Positions 19,013 through 29,228 of a DNA stretch of 64,000 nucleotides are shown piece by piece. Both the position numbers and the translations under genes were made by a program. Origin of the DNA: Acidobacteriota bacterium (lineage in GTDB: Bacteria; Acidobacteriota; UBA6911). Below the pieces are notes generated by a model, which saw nothing but the letters and a program-made list of their open reading frames with translations, was not told where the DNA came from and ran no database searches. How positions within the stretch are numbered: position 1 is the stretch's first letter; the number at the start of each line of letters is the position of its first letter. Location: contig JAAYCX010000051.1 in the NCBI GenBank assembly GCA_012729555.1, forward strand, positions 17,882 to 81,881, given 5' to 3'.

Positions 19013-20301
19013 TCGCCCTCCCCCTCCCAGGCGTCGTAGCGCGGCCCGGTCCCGATGAGTACGATGTCGGTCCCGGTCGAGAGAACCTGCCCGGGCCCGA
19101 CGCTCACGGTCGTGCGCGTGCCGCAGTCGTCCGTCGGCCGCGGCGGATGGTGCAGGTACTGGAGATCGCAGCTCCCGGGCATCTTGTACTGGAAGCCGAG
19201 ATAGTCCCCGATGGGACCCACCCCGCTTTCGTAAACGAAGGGAAGGGGATCCGAATTGAGGATCGCCTCCACCTCGACCGTGTAGGTCCCCGGGGGGAGG
19301 CCCGGAATATCGTAAAAGCCGATCAGGTTCCGGTCGTGCGACCCGTAGAAGAAGCTCGTGTCCATTCCGAAGGGGACCAGGGGGTTTCCGGCCCCCGCCG
19401 TGAACCGGTACCCCGAAACCGAGGAGACCGCGGTGACGCGCGCGTCGGCCGTGTTCCGGGCGATCACGTTATACCCCTGCGCGGGAGTGACCCCGTCGGA
19501 GAACACGACCCGCCCCTGGATCCGGCCCGTGGAGGCATGGAAGGAGGATTCGGGGTAGAGGGAGGACACCATGGAGATATCGTCCGTGTTCAGGGTCGCC
19601 TGCCCGTCGCCCACCAGGAGCGGAAACATCGTCGGCACCCCCGAAAGGTCCTCGGCGGAACAGTCCGTGGCACACCCGACGTTGATCTGGGAATGCCCGA
19701 GGCCGATCAGGTGCCCGAATTCGTGCACGAAGACACCGTGAAACTCGTCGAGGGTCACCGACTGGTGCCCCGCCGAATCGGGCTCGCCGTCGATGAACCT
19801 CCCGTTCATCACCGCCCAGCCGCGCGTGTAGGTCCCCAGCCGGTCGTTGGTGCAGACCGCGCCGGCGAACCCGAGGACCGAATTCTTGTCCATCCCCAGG
19901 GCTTCGATGATGCTCCCGTCCAGGTCGTAGACGATCGAGCCGGGGGGCTGCGAGGGATCCGAGCACATGCCGAGCATATTCTGAAAGCTGAGGATATTGA
20001 CGGCGGTGATGTCCGAGGAGAGTTTCCCGTCGTTCTGAAACCCGATCGAGGCGGAATCGACATCCTCCCAGACCCGGAACGCCGCCGAGACCATGGCGTC
20101 GGCCTCCGCGTTGGTCCGGTTCCCCAGCCCCCCCTGGTCGGTCTTGTAGCGGATGACGCTTCCGGCCCAGCGGTAGGGCTCCCCGGGAGTAACGGCGCTG
20201 GGGCCGGTCACGTACAGCGGCCCCCCGGCGAAAGCGGAAAAGAGCATTCCCGCCGCGAGCATCGCGACGGCAAAACGGATCGTTCGGGCGCAGCTCTTCA
20301 T
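19009..20301 (-). CDS. secreted metzincin-type zinc metalloprotease (HEFGHLIGLGH)
   Basis: Signal peptide. HExxHxxGxxH motif VHEFGHLIGLGHS. 4-bp overlaps with both flanking genes make this a three-gene operon. Confidence 0.75.
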   Translation of the reverse strand: MKSCARTIRFAVAMLAAGMLFSAFAGGPLYVTGPSAVTPGEPYRWAGSVIRYKTDQGGLGNRTNAEADAMVSAAFRVWEDVDSASIGFQNDGKLSSDITAVNILSFQNMLGMCSDPSQPPGSIVYDLDGSIIEALGMDKNSVLGFAGAVCTNDRLGTYTRGWAVMNGRFIDGEPDSAGHQSVTLDEFHGVFVHEFGHLIGLGHSQINVGCATDCSAEDLSGVPTMFPLLVGDGQATLNTDDISMVSSLYPESSFHASTGRIQGRVVFSDGVTPAQGYNVIARNTADARVTAVSSVSGYRFTAGAGNPLVPFGMDTSFFYGSHDRNLIGFYDIPGLPPGTYTVEVEAILNSDPLPFVYESGVGPIGDYLGFQYKMPGSCDLQYLHHPPRPTDDCGTRTTVSVGPGQVLSTGTDIVLIGTGPRYDAWEGEGE

Positions 20302-20906
20302 GGGATCCTCGGCAGCGCCGTGAAGGCGTGGACCACGGGCATCAGCTCCCCCAGCCGGACCGGGCCGCGGCCGACCCCGAGGAGGCGCTTCTCCTTTTCG
20401 GTCAGCCCCGCCCCCCGCGCCGCCGCCGCACTATCCCGGAACAGCCCGGCGTTGTCCATTTCATTGGCCACGATTTCCTCCCCGCCGGAACCGTAGGTGA
20501 TGTGGAAGCGCCCCTGCCCGATCCCGACCGGGCTGCTCAGCCCGTACCGGGAAGCCGCGGGGAGGAACAGGAGCAGCCTTTGCCCCTCCCCGTATCCCTG
20601 CTTCCCCTCCCGCGCCCGGAGTCCCAGGAAGATCTCCCGGAAGGTATAGGTGCGCCCCCCCGGTCCGCGCAGCATGTTCTCGACCTCCAGAGTCACTTCC
20701 ACCGTCGGGATGTTCGGGTACCCCGGGAGGGGCGCGTGCGTCACCCGGGCCACCCTCCCCTGCACGATGACGTCGGCCCGCTGCGTGAGGTAGGCCAGGT
20801 TGACCTGACGCGTGGCATACTGCGCGCAGAGCGGGCGCGGTAACGCCGCCAAGGCCAGCAGCAGCGCCAGAAGCGCCGCGAATCTTCCGCCTCCATTCCT
20901 TTGCAT
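20298..20906 (-). CDS. hypothetical secreted protein, first gene of the protease operon
   Basis: Signal peptide (AALLALLLALAALPRPLCAQ). 202 aa with no recognisable domain. ATGA overlap with the protease gene. Confidence 0.45.
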   Translation of the reverse strand: MQRNGGGRFAALLALLLALAALPRPLCAQYATRQVNLAYLTQRADVIVQGRVARVTHAPLPGYPNIPTVEVTLEVENMLRGPGGRTYTFREIFLGLRAREGKQGYGEGQRLLLFLPAASRYGLSSPVGIGQGRFHITYGSGGEEIVANEMDNAGLFRDSAAAARGAGLTEKEKRLLGVGRGPVRLGELMPVVHAFTALPRIP

Positions 20907-21046
20907 CTTCCCCCGCCTCGTTCCCTCGTGGCGCCGCCGGGCGCAGCCGCCCCCGGCCCGCTGGGGCCATCGTATAATGGCCGAATTCCCAAGTCCATGA
21001 TATTAATGAAAATGGAAAAACCCGATTTCCGCGGAGGACGCCGCCC

Positions 21047-22666
21047 ATGAACTCCCAGCCGTCTCTGAAGAATCTCCCCGAATGGAACGCCCTCGAGGCC
21101 CATGCCGCCGAACTCGGACCGGTTCACCTGCGGGAGCTGTTCGCGCGCGACCCGCTCCGCGGCGAGCGCTTCGCGGCCGAGGCGGCGGGCGTCTACCTGG
21201 ACTACTCCAAAAACCGGGTCACCGAGGGGACCCTCCGGCTGCTCGTCGCGCTCGCGGAGGCGCGCGGCCTCCGTGCCCGCATCGAGGCGATGTTCCGGGG
21301 GGAAGCGGTCAATGCCACCGAAAAGCGGGCGGCGCTGCACGTCGCGCTGCGGGCGGAGCGGGGGGAACGGATCTTCGTCGACGGCACGGACGTGGTTCCC
21401 GGGGTGCACTCGGTGCTCGACCGGATGGCCGCTTTCGCCCGCCGGGTGCGCGCCGGGGAGTGGACGGGCCGCACCGGCCGCCCGGTGCGCCGCATCCTCA
21501 ACATCGGCATCGGCGGGTCCGACCTCGGCCCGGCGATGGCGTACGAGGCTCTGAGGCACTACAGCCGGCGGGACCTGGATGTCCGCTTCGTGTCCAACGT
21601 CGACGGCACCGATTTCGCCGAGGCGGTCCGGGACCTCGACCCGGCCGAGACGCTGTGCATCGTCTGCTCGAAGACCTTCACGACGCTCGAGACCCTTCGC
21701 AACGCCCGGAGCGCCCGCGCCTGGGTCACCGGGGCGCTCGGCGAAGAAGCCGTCGCCCGCCACTTCGTGGCCGTCTCGACCAACGCCGCCGAGGTGAAGA
21801 GATTCGGGATCGACGAGGCCAACATGTTCGGCTTCTGGGACTGGGTCGGCGGCCGCTACTCGATCGAATCTGCCGTCGGCCTCTCCACCATGATCGCGAT
21901 CGGCCCGGAGCGCTTCCACGCGCTCCTCGGGGGCTCGCGCGCCATGGACCGGCATTTCCGCTCCGCCCCCTTCGAGCGGAACCTGCCCGTGCTGCTGGGG
22001 CTGCTGACCGTCTGGTACAACAACTTCTTCGGGGCCGCGACCCACGCCGTCCTCCCCTACGACCAGTACCTCCGGCGCTTCCCCGCCTACCTGCAGCAGC
22101 TGGCCATGGAGAGCCTGGGCAAGAGCGTGACCCTCGGCGGGGAGCGGGCGGGTGTCGACTCCGGCCCGGTCTACTGGGGAGAGCCGGGGACCAACGGGCA
22201 GCACTCCTTCTTCCAGCTGCTGCACCAGGGGACCCGGATGGTGCCGTGCGACTTCATCGGTTTCTGCCGTTCGCCCAACCCGCTCGGGGACCAGCACAAC
22301 CTGCTGATGGCCAACCTGTTCGCGCAGACCGAGGCCCTGGCCTTCGGGAAAACGCTCGCAGAGGTGCGGGCCGAAGGGGTGCCCGACTCCCTGGCGCCCC
22401 ACAAGGTGTTCGAGGGGAACCGCCCCAGCAACACGCTCCTGCTCGACCGGCTGACGCCGGCGGCGCTCGGGGCGCTGGTGGCGCTGTACGAGCACGGCGT
22501 CTTCACCCAGGGGGCGATCTGGGGCATCAACCCGTTCGACCAGTGGGGGGTGGAACTGGGCAAGGCCCTGGCCGGCCGGATCGCGCCGGAACTCGACGGA
22601 ACAGCCGAACCGGAACACGACAGTTCCACCAACGCCCTGATCCGGCGCTACCGGGAACGGAGATGA
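21047..22666 (+). CDS. pgi: glucose-6-phosphate isomerase
   Basis: PGI family signatures ([38 protein letters not shown]-like C-terminus). 539 aa. Confidence 0.9.
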   Translation: MNSQPSLKNLPEWNALEAHAAELGPVHLRELFARDPLRGERFAAEAAGVYLDYSKNRVTEGTLRLLVALAEARGLRARIEAMFRGEAVNATEKRAALHVALRAERGERIFVDGTDVVPGVHSVLDRMAAFARRVRAGEWTGRTGRPVRRILNIGIGGSDLGPAMAYEALRHYSRRDLDVRFVSNVDGTDFAEAVRDLDPAETLCIVCSKTFTTLETLRNARSARAWVTGALGEEAVARHFVAVSTNAAEVKRFGIDEANMFGFWDWVGGRYSIESAVGLSTMIAIGPERFHALLGGSRAMDRHFRSAPFERNLPVLLGLLTVWYNNFFGAATHAVLPYDQYLRRFPAYLQQLAMESLGKSVTLGGERAGVDSGPVYWGEPGTNGQHSFFQLLHQGTRMVPCDFIGFCRSPNPLGDQHNLLMANLFAQTEALAFGKTLAEVRAEGVPDSLAPHKVFEGNRPSNTLLLDRLTPAALGALVALYEHGVFTQGAIWGINPFDQWGVELGKALAGRIAPELDGTAEPEHDSSTNALIRRYRERR

Positions 22667-22669
22667 GGG

Positions 22670-24262
22670 CTAGCCCGGCGGCGGCTCCGAGCCTATGGGA
22701 ACCTCGGGGATGGTCAGGATGATCAAAAAAGCCCCGAGCATGGTGAAGGCGCCGAGCCAGAACACCCGCCGGAGCCCCGCGTGCATCGAGGTCCGGATGG
22801 CCTCCACCGTCGGCGCGAACAGGCCGGCCCCTTCCCCGCCGAGCGCCCGGAAACGGGTTTCCAGCTCCCCCATCTTCTCCCGCGACAGGAGGACCTGGGA
22901 ATCGGTCAGGGTCGCCATGGTTTCGGCGTCCGCCACCCGGCCGAGAGCCTCCGGGAGGGTGCGGGCCAGCGTCCGGGCGTAACCGGCGTTCATGACCGCC
23001 CCGAGGATCGCGGGCGAGATCGCCACCGCCATCATCAGGCAGAAAAAGATGGCCCCCATGGAGGAGCCGAGCAGCCGCCGGGGAACGGCGTTCTGCACCA
23101 CCATCGTGTTCACGGTCGGAATGGCCCCGAGCCCGAGGCCCGCGAGGGCGGAAACCGCCAGGCTCATGAGCGCCGGGGTGTCTTCCCCCAGGAAGGCGAC
23201 GGCGAACATGTCGAAGGTCACGATGCCGAAGCCGAGGACGTACATCCACTTGTACCGCTTGGTCCGGCCCAGCAGAAACCCCACCGGGACGCCGATGAAG
23301 GCCATCAGCACGCTGTAGGGGGTGAAGATCCAGCCGCTTCTGGCCGCGCCGATCCCCTGCACCCCCTGCAGGAACATCGGGAAGTACATCATCATGGCCA
23401 TCTGCCCGAAAAAGGATAGGAAGGAGGAGGCCGCGACGGTGTTGAACGAACGGTTGCGGAGCACGAGGGGGTCGAGCACCGGTTCCTCGGCGCGGTATTC
23501 GGTCCGGAAAAAGAGGACCCAGCAGACGAGCGAAACGGCCAGGAGTCCCACGATCTCGGGCGAGCCCCAGGCATACCGCTCCCCCGCCAGCGAGATCCCC
23601 ACGATCAGGGCCGAGGAGGCCAGCACCATCCAGACGCTGCCGACGTAATCGATCCTGCGCTTCACCCGCGCCCCGGAGGGGGCGGGGATGCCGAAAGGCA
23701 CCAGCGCGAGGCAGAGGGCCAGGAGCGGGACGGTAGACCAGAAGAAGTAGCGCCACCCCCAGGTGTCGGCGAACCACCCCCCCAGCGCGGGGCCGAACAT
23801 CGCCGCGACCCCCATCGGGAGCTGGAGCATCCCGATCCACTTGCTCCGCTCGACGGGGGGGAACATGTCCCCGACCACCGCGAAGACCAGCGGCATCATC
23901 GCCCCGGTGCCCAGGGAGCCGACGCAGATGGCGGCGACGAGGAGCACGAAGCTGGAACTCAGGGCGCTCAGGACCGACCCCAGCAGGGCGAACGCGATCG
24001 CGATCAGCATCATGATCCGGCGGCCGTAGATGTCCGAGAGCTTGCCGAAAATGAGGGTCACGAAGGCGCCGACCAGCCCCGGCAGCGAGACCGACCAGGC
24101 GTAGAGCCCCATGCCGTCGAGGTCGGCCGCGATCTTGGGCCGGGCAATGTTGAGGGCCTGGAGGAAATAGGCCATCGTGAAGTAGACGAGGAAAAGGGAC
24201 ACGAGCCCCACGACCAGGCGCCTCCGGTCGTAGACGTAGGGCTCTAAGGGTTCCTGGGACAT
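22670..24262 (-). CDS. MFS transporter (14-TM, DHA2-like drug:H+ antiporter family)
   Basis: MFS motif GKLSDIYGRR. About 14 hydrophobic segments over 530 aa. Confidence 0.8.
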   Translation of the reverse strand: MSQEPLEPYVYDRRRLVVGLVSLFLVYFTMAYFLQALNIARPKIAADLDGMGLYAWSVSLPGLVGAFVTLIFGKLSDIYGRRIMMLIAIAFALLGSVLSALSSSFVLLVAAICVGSLGTGAMMPLVFAVVGDMFPPVERSKWIGMLQLPMGVAAMFGPALGGWFADTWGWRYFFWSTVPLLALCLALVPFGIPAPSGARVKRRIDYVGSVWMVLASSALIVGISLAGERYAWGSPEIVGLLAVSLVCWVLFFRTEYRAEEPVLDPLVLRNRSFNTVAASSFLSFFGQMAMMMYFPMFLQGVQGIGAARSGWIFTPYSVLMAFIGVPVGFLLGRTKRYKWMYVLGFGIVTFDMFAVAFLGEDTPALMSLAVSALAGLGLGAIPTVNTMVVQNAVPRRLLGSSMGAIFFCLMMAVAISPAILGAVMNAGYARTLARTLPEALGRVADAETMATLTDSQVLLSREKMGELETRFRALGGEGAGLFAPTVEAIRTSMHAGLRRVFWLGAFTMLGAFLIILTIPEVPIGSEPPPG

Positions 24263-24360
24263 CGGATCTCTCCTCCGGATGCGGACTCACGATATGGGTG
24301 ACGCCGGGCGATGAACCCTACTATAATCCGCAGCATGTCCATTCACCTAAGGAGAAAAGC

Positions 24361-26058
24361 ATGAAGCGTACACTGTTCCCCCTGGCCGCCCTCGCCCTCG
24401 GCGCCGCGGGAGTGCTGGCCCCGCCGGCACCCCTTGCGGCGGAGCCCTCCGCCCGGTACGAGGTCCTGAGCCCCTGGGCCGAGGTCGATCCCGTCCCCCT
24501 GCGGGGCCTTTCGCCCCGCCTCGATTCCCTGGCGGGAAAAAAGATCGGAATTTTCGCCAACTACAAGCGCGCGGCGCTGCCGGTGGCCGAGGCGATCGAA
24601 AAGAACCTGAAGACCCTCCACCCGGACATCCAGACCGTCCTCTTCCATTCGACCGAATGGAACGTCACCGAGGTCGAGACCGCCGACCGTGAAACGTTCA
24701 CCGCCTGGGCCAAGGGGGTGGACGCCGTCGTCGGCGTCATCGGCGATTGAGGATCCTGCACGAAGTTCCTCGTCTATAACGGCATATCGATCGAGGACTT
24801 CGGCACGCCGGTCGTGTTACTGGCACATCCAGGATTCGTAAGAGACGCACAGAGCGCAGCCTCCGGCAAGGGAATGCCGGGCATCAGGGTGCGCCCCATC
24901 CAAATAGCCAACGAAACCACCGTGGCCGCCGACATCGAAGCCGGCGCCTCCGGGGCGATGCCCGGCATCGTCGCCGCCCTGACCGATCCGCTGACGGCCG
25001 GGGAGCGCTCCCCCAAAAGGGATGCGGCCGCTCCCCCCCGCGTCGCCTTCGCGGGGGATTACGAGGCGGTCAACCGCTTCTTCTACCGCAAGGGGTGGAC
25101 CGACGGGCTCCCCATCGTCCCCCCGACCGAAAAGGCCGTGGCCGAAATGCTCGAGGGGACCGACCTGCCGCCCGACCACCTGGTGGCCCGCGTCATCCCG
25201 CGCCTGGGAAAGGCGACGGTCGAGAAGATCGCCGTCAACGCCGTCATGGCGGGGGCGCTGCCGACCCACATGCCGGTGCTCCTGGCCGCCGTGCGCGCGC
25301 TCATGAACCCGAAATCGCGCTTCGACACCTTCGAGGTGAGCACCGGGTCGTGGGCCCCCTTCTTCGCCCTCAACGGCCCCGTCCGCAATGACATCCTCGT
25401 CAATTCCGGCTCGGGCGCCCTCAGCCCGGGCGACATCGCCAACGCCGCCATCGGCCGCGCCGTGGGCCTCATCGTCAAGAACATCGGGGGGGCCCGCAAG
25501 GGGATCGAGGACATGGGCGTCATCGGCAACCCCTCCAAGTACAGCCTCGTCATCGGCGAAAACGAGGAGGAGAGCCCCTGGACCCCGCTGCACGTCGACC
25601 GCGGTTTCCGCAGGGAGGAGAGCACCCTGACCCTCTTCTTCCCCAACGGCTTCGCCCAGTCGGTCCCGCGCGCCACCAGCGCGGAGGGGATCGCCCGGGC
25701 GCTCGCCGACATGGGGCCCTGGAGCATGTCGTGCCTCATCGTCATCCCCTCCCACGCCCGCATCCTGGCCGACGAAGGGTGGACGAAGGAGAAGCTCCAG
25801 GAGTACATCCTCCGAAACGCCGCCGACCCCTTCGCCGCCATCGGCGAAAAACCGGACGTTTTGTCGGCGCCCCCGGCCCTCAACCGCGGCGGGTTGCTGA
25901 TCCTGGTCGCCGGCGGCCCCGGCGCCTGGATGGGGATGCTGCGCAGCGTGGGGGGGATCGAAAACGACTTCGTCACCGAGCCGATCGAGTTCCCCAAAAA
26001 CTGGGACTCCCTGGTAAGGAAGTACAGGAACGTCCGCCCCACCTACGAAGACTACTAG
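24361..26058 (+). CDS. candidate selenoprotein: ~130-aa secreted N-terminal domain ending in a U-G-S-C motif (in-frame TGA 24748-24750), continuing in-frame into a conserved ~415-aa domain (GWTDGLPIVPPTEKAVAEML...). Conventional annotation would split it into 24361-24750 and 24814-26058.
   Basis: TGA at codon 130 is followed by GGA TCC TGC (G-S-C). The downstream ORF is in the same frame (both start coordinates are 1 mod 3). An 11-bp bulged hairpin begins 11 nt after the TGA, where a bacterial SECIS would be expected. The paralog at 46809-48569 has the same architecture, with conserved sequence spanning the TGA. Confidence 0.5.
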
Positions 26059-26147
26059 GCCCCTCCCGGCCCGCGGGACACCCTTCCCGCGGGCCGGACT
26101 CCCCCGGGGTCCGGGACCTCCCCCCGCCCGCCGCCTTGAAAATGGGG

Positions 26148-26176
26148 TTGCGCGGCGGCGCGGGACACTGTAACTT
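26148..26176 (+). promoter_or_regulatory. possible promoter of the tRNA-Arg gene (TTGCGC-N17-TAACTT)
   Basis: The hexamers lie about 18 nt upstream of the mature tRNA 5' end. A weak match. Confidence 0.25.
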
Positions 26177-26192
26177 ATGGAGGCTTACAGGA

Positions 26193-26270
<78 letters not shown>

Positions 26271-26351
26271 TTAAAATCAAGGACTTAGCAGGATTTCCCC
26301 AGACAGTTCCGGCCTTGGAAGCCGTTTGCCAGGGCCATCGGAAAGCAGGGA

Positions 26352-26642
26352 TCAGGCGGCCGTCCTGACCCTGACCCTCTCCAGTTTGGCCGTCGCTGTC
26401 GCCAAACGGAGATCGTGTTCGGTCTGAAGGTTCATCCAAAACTGCGCCGGAAGGCCGAAATATTTTCCCAGCCTCAGGGCGGTCTCGGCGGAGATTGCCC
26501 TCTTGCAGCGAACCACGTCGTAGATGCCCGGAAAATCGAGATCCTTTGCCAAACGGTAAGCCGTAATCTTCATGGGCTCCATGAATTCGGTCTTTAGAAT
26601 CTCGCCCGGATGGACCGTCCAGATCTTCTTTGTCTTTCCCAT
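26352..26642 (-). CDS. higA: HigA-family antitoxin (XRE-type HTH)
   Basis: MGKTKKIWTVHPGEILKTEFMEPMKITAYRLAKDLDFPGIYDVVRCKRAISAETALRLGKYFG matches HigA/VapI HTH antidotes. GGAGG RBS. Start at the internal ATG 26642 rather than the track's 26747. Confidence 0.8.
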   Translation of the reverse strand: MGKTKKIWTVHPGEILKTEFMEPMKITAYRLAKDLDFPGIYDVVRCKRAISAETALRLGKYFGLPAQFWMNLQTEHDLRLATATAKLERVRVRTAA

Positions 26643-26653
26643 CGAGTCCTCCG

Positions 26654-26935
26654 CTAATGATAGTCGACGATTTCCGCATCGTAAGCCCTGCCCTCCCGCC
26701 ACGCGAAGCAGATGCGGCATTGATCGTTGATCCGGATGCTGTAACAACCCTTGCGTTGCCCCTGCAACGCCTCCAGCCGGTTTCCGGGAGGCACCCTCAA
26801 ATCATCCAGCGTCACGGCGGCATGCAACAAGAAGAGCTTCTTAAGTGCCCTCATTCTCAGATTGGCGGGAATCCTTCGACTTCGCCCCGTTCGCCAAAGC
26901 TGCTCCGTATCCGCATCCCGGAAGCTCTCTATCAT
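26654..26935 (-). CDS. higB: HigB-family toxin (RelE/ParE superfamily mRNA interferase)
   Basis: C-terminal motif GCYSIRINDQCRICFAWREGRAYDAEIVDYH is typical of HigB killer proteins. Lies 11 nt upstream of higA. Confidence 0.8.
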   Translation of the reverse strand: MIESFRDADTEQLWRTGRSRRIPANLRMRALKKLFLLHAAVTLDDLRVPPGNRLEALQGQRKGCYSIRINDQCRICFAWREGRAYDAEIVDYH

Positions 26936-26940
26936 GCACC

Positions 26941-26970
26941 AATACTACCGCGCTACAGTAGTATTGTCAA
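26941..26970 (-). promoter_or_regulatory. higBA promoter/operator: consensus TTGACA-N17-TAGTAT on the minus strand inside an 8-bp-arm palindrome, -10 ending 6 nt before the higB ATG (leaderless-type)
   Basis: The minus-strand read is TTGACAatactactgtagcgcggTAGTATtggtgcATG. Plus-strand inverted repeat AATACTAC (26941-48) / GTAGTATT (26958-65). Confidence 0.5.
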
Positions 26971-27091
26971 GCACTACTATTTCTGGGTATGGCCTGAGAA
27001 TCGATATCACCCCGGGCAATACCTCAGAAGGAATACGGCGCTGGCGCAGGTCCGCCCGGACCAATTTCTCTTTTGCCGGCTCCCGGTCGCC

Positions 27092-27496
27092 TTACTTGCG
27101 CCTGAGGTCCGACAGGGTATAATCGGCCCCCATCCCCATGCGCCCCGCGGCCTCATCCAGCGCTTCCTGCAGGTCGCCCACGGCGATCCCAGCCTCCTTT
27201 TTCACCGCAAACCGTACCGTTTTGCTTTTCTGGTCGACGGCGACGGCCCCGATTTCCTCGAAATTCCGGAGCGTCCGCTCGATCAGCGGTCCGCACCCGT
27301 CACAGACGATCGAGTTCACCGTGGCCGTGTAGGTTCCGGGCATCAACATATCCCCGACATCTCCGGGTTGGACGTGGGCTCCCCCCGGGTGCTCCTGCCG
27401 GTCACACGCGCTGCCGAAGCCCAGCAGCGCCAGGACGGCGCAGGCAAGCGCGAGAACCCCGAGCCTCGATCGTGTTCTTCCCTGGATCATTGTCAT
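27092..27496 (-). CDS. heavy-metal-associated (HMA) domain lipoprotein / periplasmic metallochaperone
   Basis: Lipobox LLGFGSAC. HMA fold with metal-binding IVCDGCGPLIERTL...VRFAVKK. Confidence 0.6.
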   Translation of the reverse strand: MTMIQGRTRSRLGVLALACAVLALLGFGSACDRQEHPGGAHVQPGDVGDMLMPGTYTATVNSIVCDGCGPLIERTLRNFEEIGAVAVDQKSKTVRFAVKKEAGIAVGDLQEALDEAAGRMGMGADYTLSDLRRK

Positions 27497-27899
27497 ACCT
27501 CCCCCCTTTTTTTAGTGAACCTTGCGTCGCGCCCTCGGAACCGGCGCCCTGACGCGTTCACGCCGGTCCATGCAATCGGCGTGCCGCACCGCCCGGGAAG
27601 GCCGCGTCGGGGGAAGGGCCCGCATTCACGGCACTATCCATCCGGATCGCGCCGGGGCGGCGGCGCCGCACGGCCCGCGGAGGCGTGTCAAATTCAACAG
27701 CACTGTTGAATTTGACACAGTCCTGAAGCCTCCGCCGCCGGCCGCAGCCTTGCCCGGAGCCCTGAACGAAGACCGTTCTTCCGCTGTAACGCACAGGGGT
27801 CTATGCATTTGATCGTCCCCCGATTGGATGGACGGCTCCCGTCCCGCCGCGGTGGCCCCCGATTTGCTCCGATACCGGCGCAGAGCCGGGAGGTGCAGG

Positions 27900-29228
27900 A
27901 TGAACCGGAAGATGAAACAATCGGTATCGATGATGGTGATCGGCTTCACGATCCTGACGGCGGTTCCGCTCAGGTCCCGGGATGCGCCGATCGCATCGGA
28001 GTACTCGGCCGGCGATCCCCGGCTCGCAATCTACCTGGAGCAGGCCCTTTCCCGCAATCCGGGGATCCTGCAATCCTTCGCCCGCTACCAGGCGGCCAGG
28101 GCCCGCCTGCCGCAGGTGAGTTCCCTGCCGGACCCGCTCCTGAATGTCACCCACTACCTCCGCAGCCCCGAGACGAGAGTCGGGGCGCAGACCACCACGT
28201 TGTCCCTTTCACAGAAACTGCCATGGTTCGGCAAGCTGTCGGACCGGAAAAAGATCGCGGCGAAGGAGGCGGCCGTCTACCGGTACATCCACGAAGCGGG
28301 GACAAAGGACGTCGTCCGGGAGGTGAAGCTCGCGTATCACGGCCTGGGCTATATCGATCGGGCCCTCGATATAACCAGGGAGGAGATATCGGTGCTGGAA
28401 CGCCATGAGGCCCTGGCCCGCGCCCGGTACGAGCAGGGGGTCGGCCTGCAGCAGGGGGTCGTGAAACTGCAGGCCGAAATCACGCGGGAGCGGAACCGCC
28501 TGGAGGAACTCGGGCGACAGCGGGTGGATCTCGAGGCCGTCCTGAACTCCCTGAGGGATCTCCCCGCGGATTCCCCGGTCGAGAAGATACCTCCGCGAAG
28601 GAGGGCCGACTTGCGGATCGACCGCGAGGAGCTCTACCGGATCGGTCGGGACAACAGCCCGGAGATTCAGGCCGCCCTCCTCCGGATCGAAAGGGACGAA
28701 AAACGGATCCATCTGGCCAGGAAGGATTACTGGCCCGATTTCACGATCGGCGCCGGGTTCACCAATGTCACCGGCCGTTCCGATCCGGCCGGGATCCTGA
28801 ACCCTCCCGGGCAGGACGGGAAAAACATCTACGGCCTCTCCGTGGGGATCAACATCCCGGTCCGGCGCAGGAAATACGACGCGGCCGTGGCCGAGGCGAC
28901 CGAGGACACCCTGGCTTCCCGCGAAGGCTACCGCGATGCCGTGAATGTGATGGAGGCCTCCATCAGGGCGATCGCGTTCCGGATGGAGACGCTGGACCGG
29001 CAGATCTCCCTGGTCGGAAACACCCTGATGCCGCAGGCGGAACACTCCCTGCGTTCGACCGAGGCCGCCTACGGCACGGGGGAGGTCGGCGTCCTGGAGC
29101 TCCTCGACGGCGAGCGGATGCTGCTGGATGTGCGGCTCGGCCTGGAGAGATACACCAGCGACTACGCCAAATCGATCGCGGACCTGGAGCGGGCGATCGG
29201 GGCCCCCATCGAAGGGAGGAACCCATGA
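27900..29228 (+). CDS. TolC-family outer-membrane efflux protein (CusC/CzcC-like)
   Basis: OEP repeats. First gene of a three-component metal efflux operon. Start at ATG 27900 with a GGGAGG RBS; the track's 27828 start is an extension. Confidence 0.75.
   Translation: MNRKMKQSVSMMVIGFTILTAVPLRSRDAPIASEYSAGDPRLAIYLEQALSRNPGILQSFARYQAARARLPQVSSLPDPLLNVTHYLRSPETRVGAQTTTLSLSQKLPWFGKLSDRKKIAAKEAAVYRYIHEAGTKDVVREVKLAYHGLGYIDRALDITREEISVLERHEALARARYEQGVGLQQGVVKLQAEITRERNRLEELGRQRVDLEAVLNSLRDLPADSPVEKIPPRRRADLRIDREELYRIGRDNSPEIQAALLRIERDEKRIHLARKDYWPDFTIGAGFTNVTGRSDPAGILNPPGQDGKNIYGLSVGINIPVRRRKYDAAVAEATEDTLASREGYRDAVNVMEASIRAIAFRMETLDRQISLVGNTLMPQAEHSLRSTEAAYGTGEVGVLELLDGERMLLDVRLGLERYTSDYAKSIADLERAIGAPIEGRNP

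Noticed and set aside
24298-24360. Upstream extension of the small selenoprotein-module ORF (MTPGDEPYYNPQHVHSPKEKS before MKRT)
   Set aside because: MKRTLFPLAALALGAAG is a clean signal peptide beginning at ATG 24361 with AAGGAGAAAA upstream. The extension adds nothing conserved.
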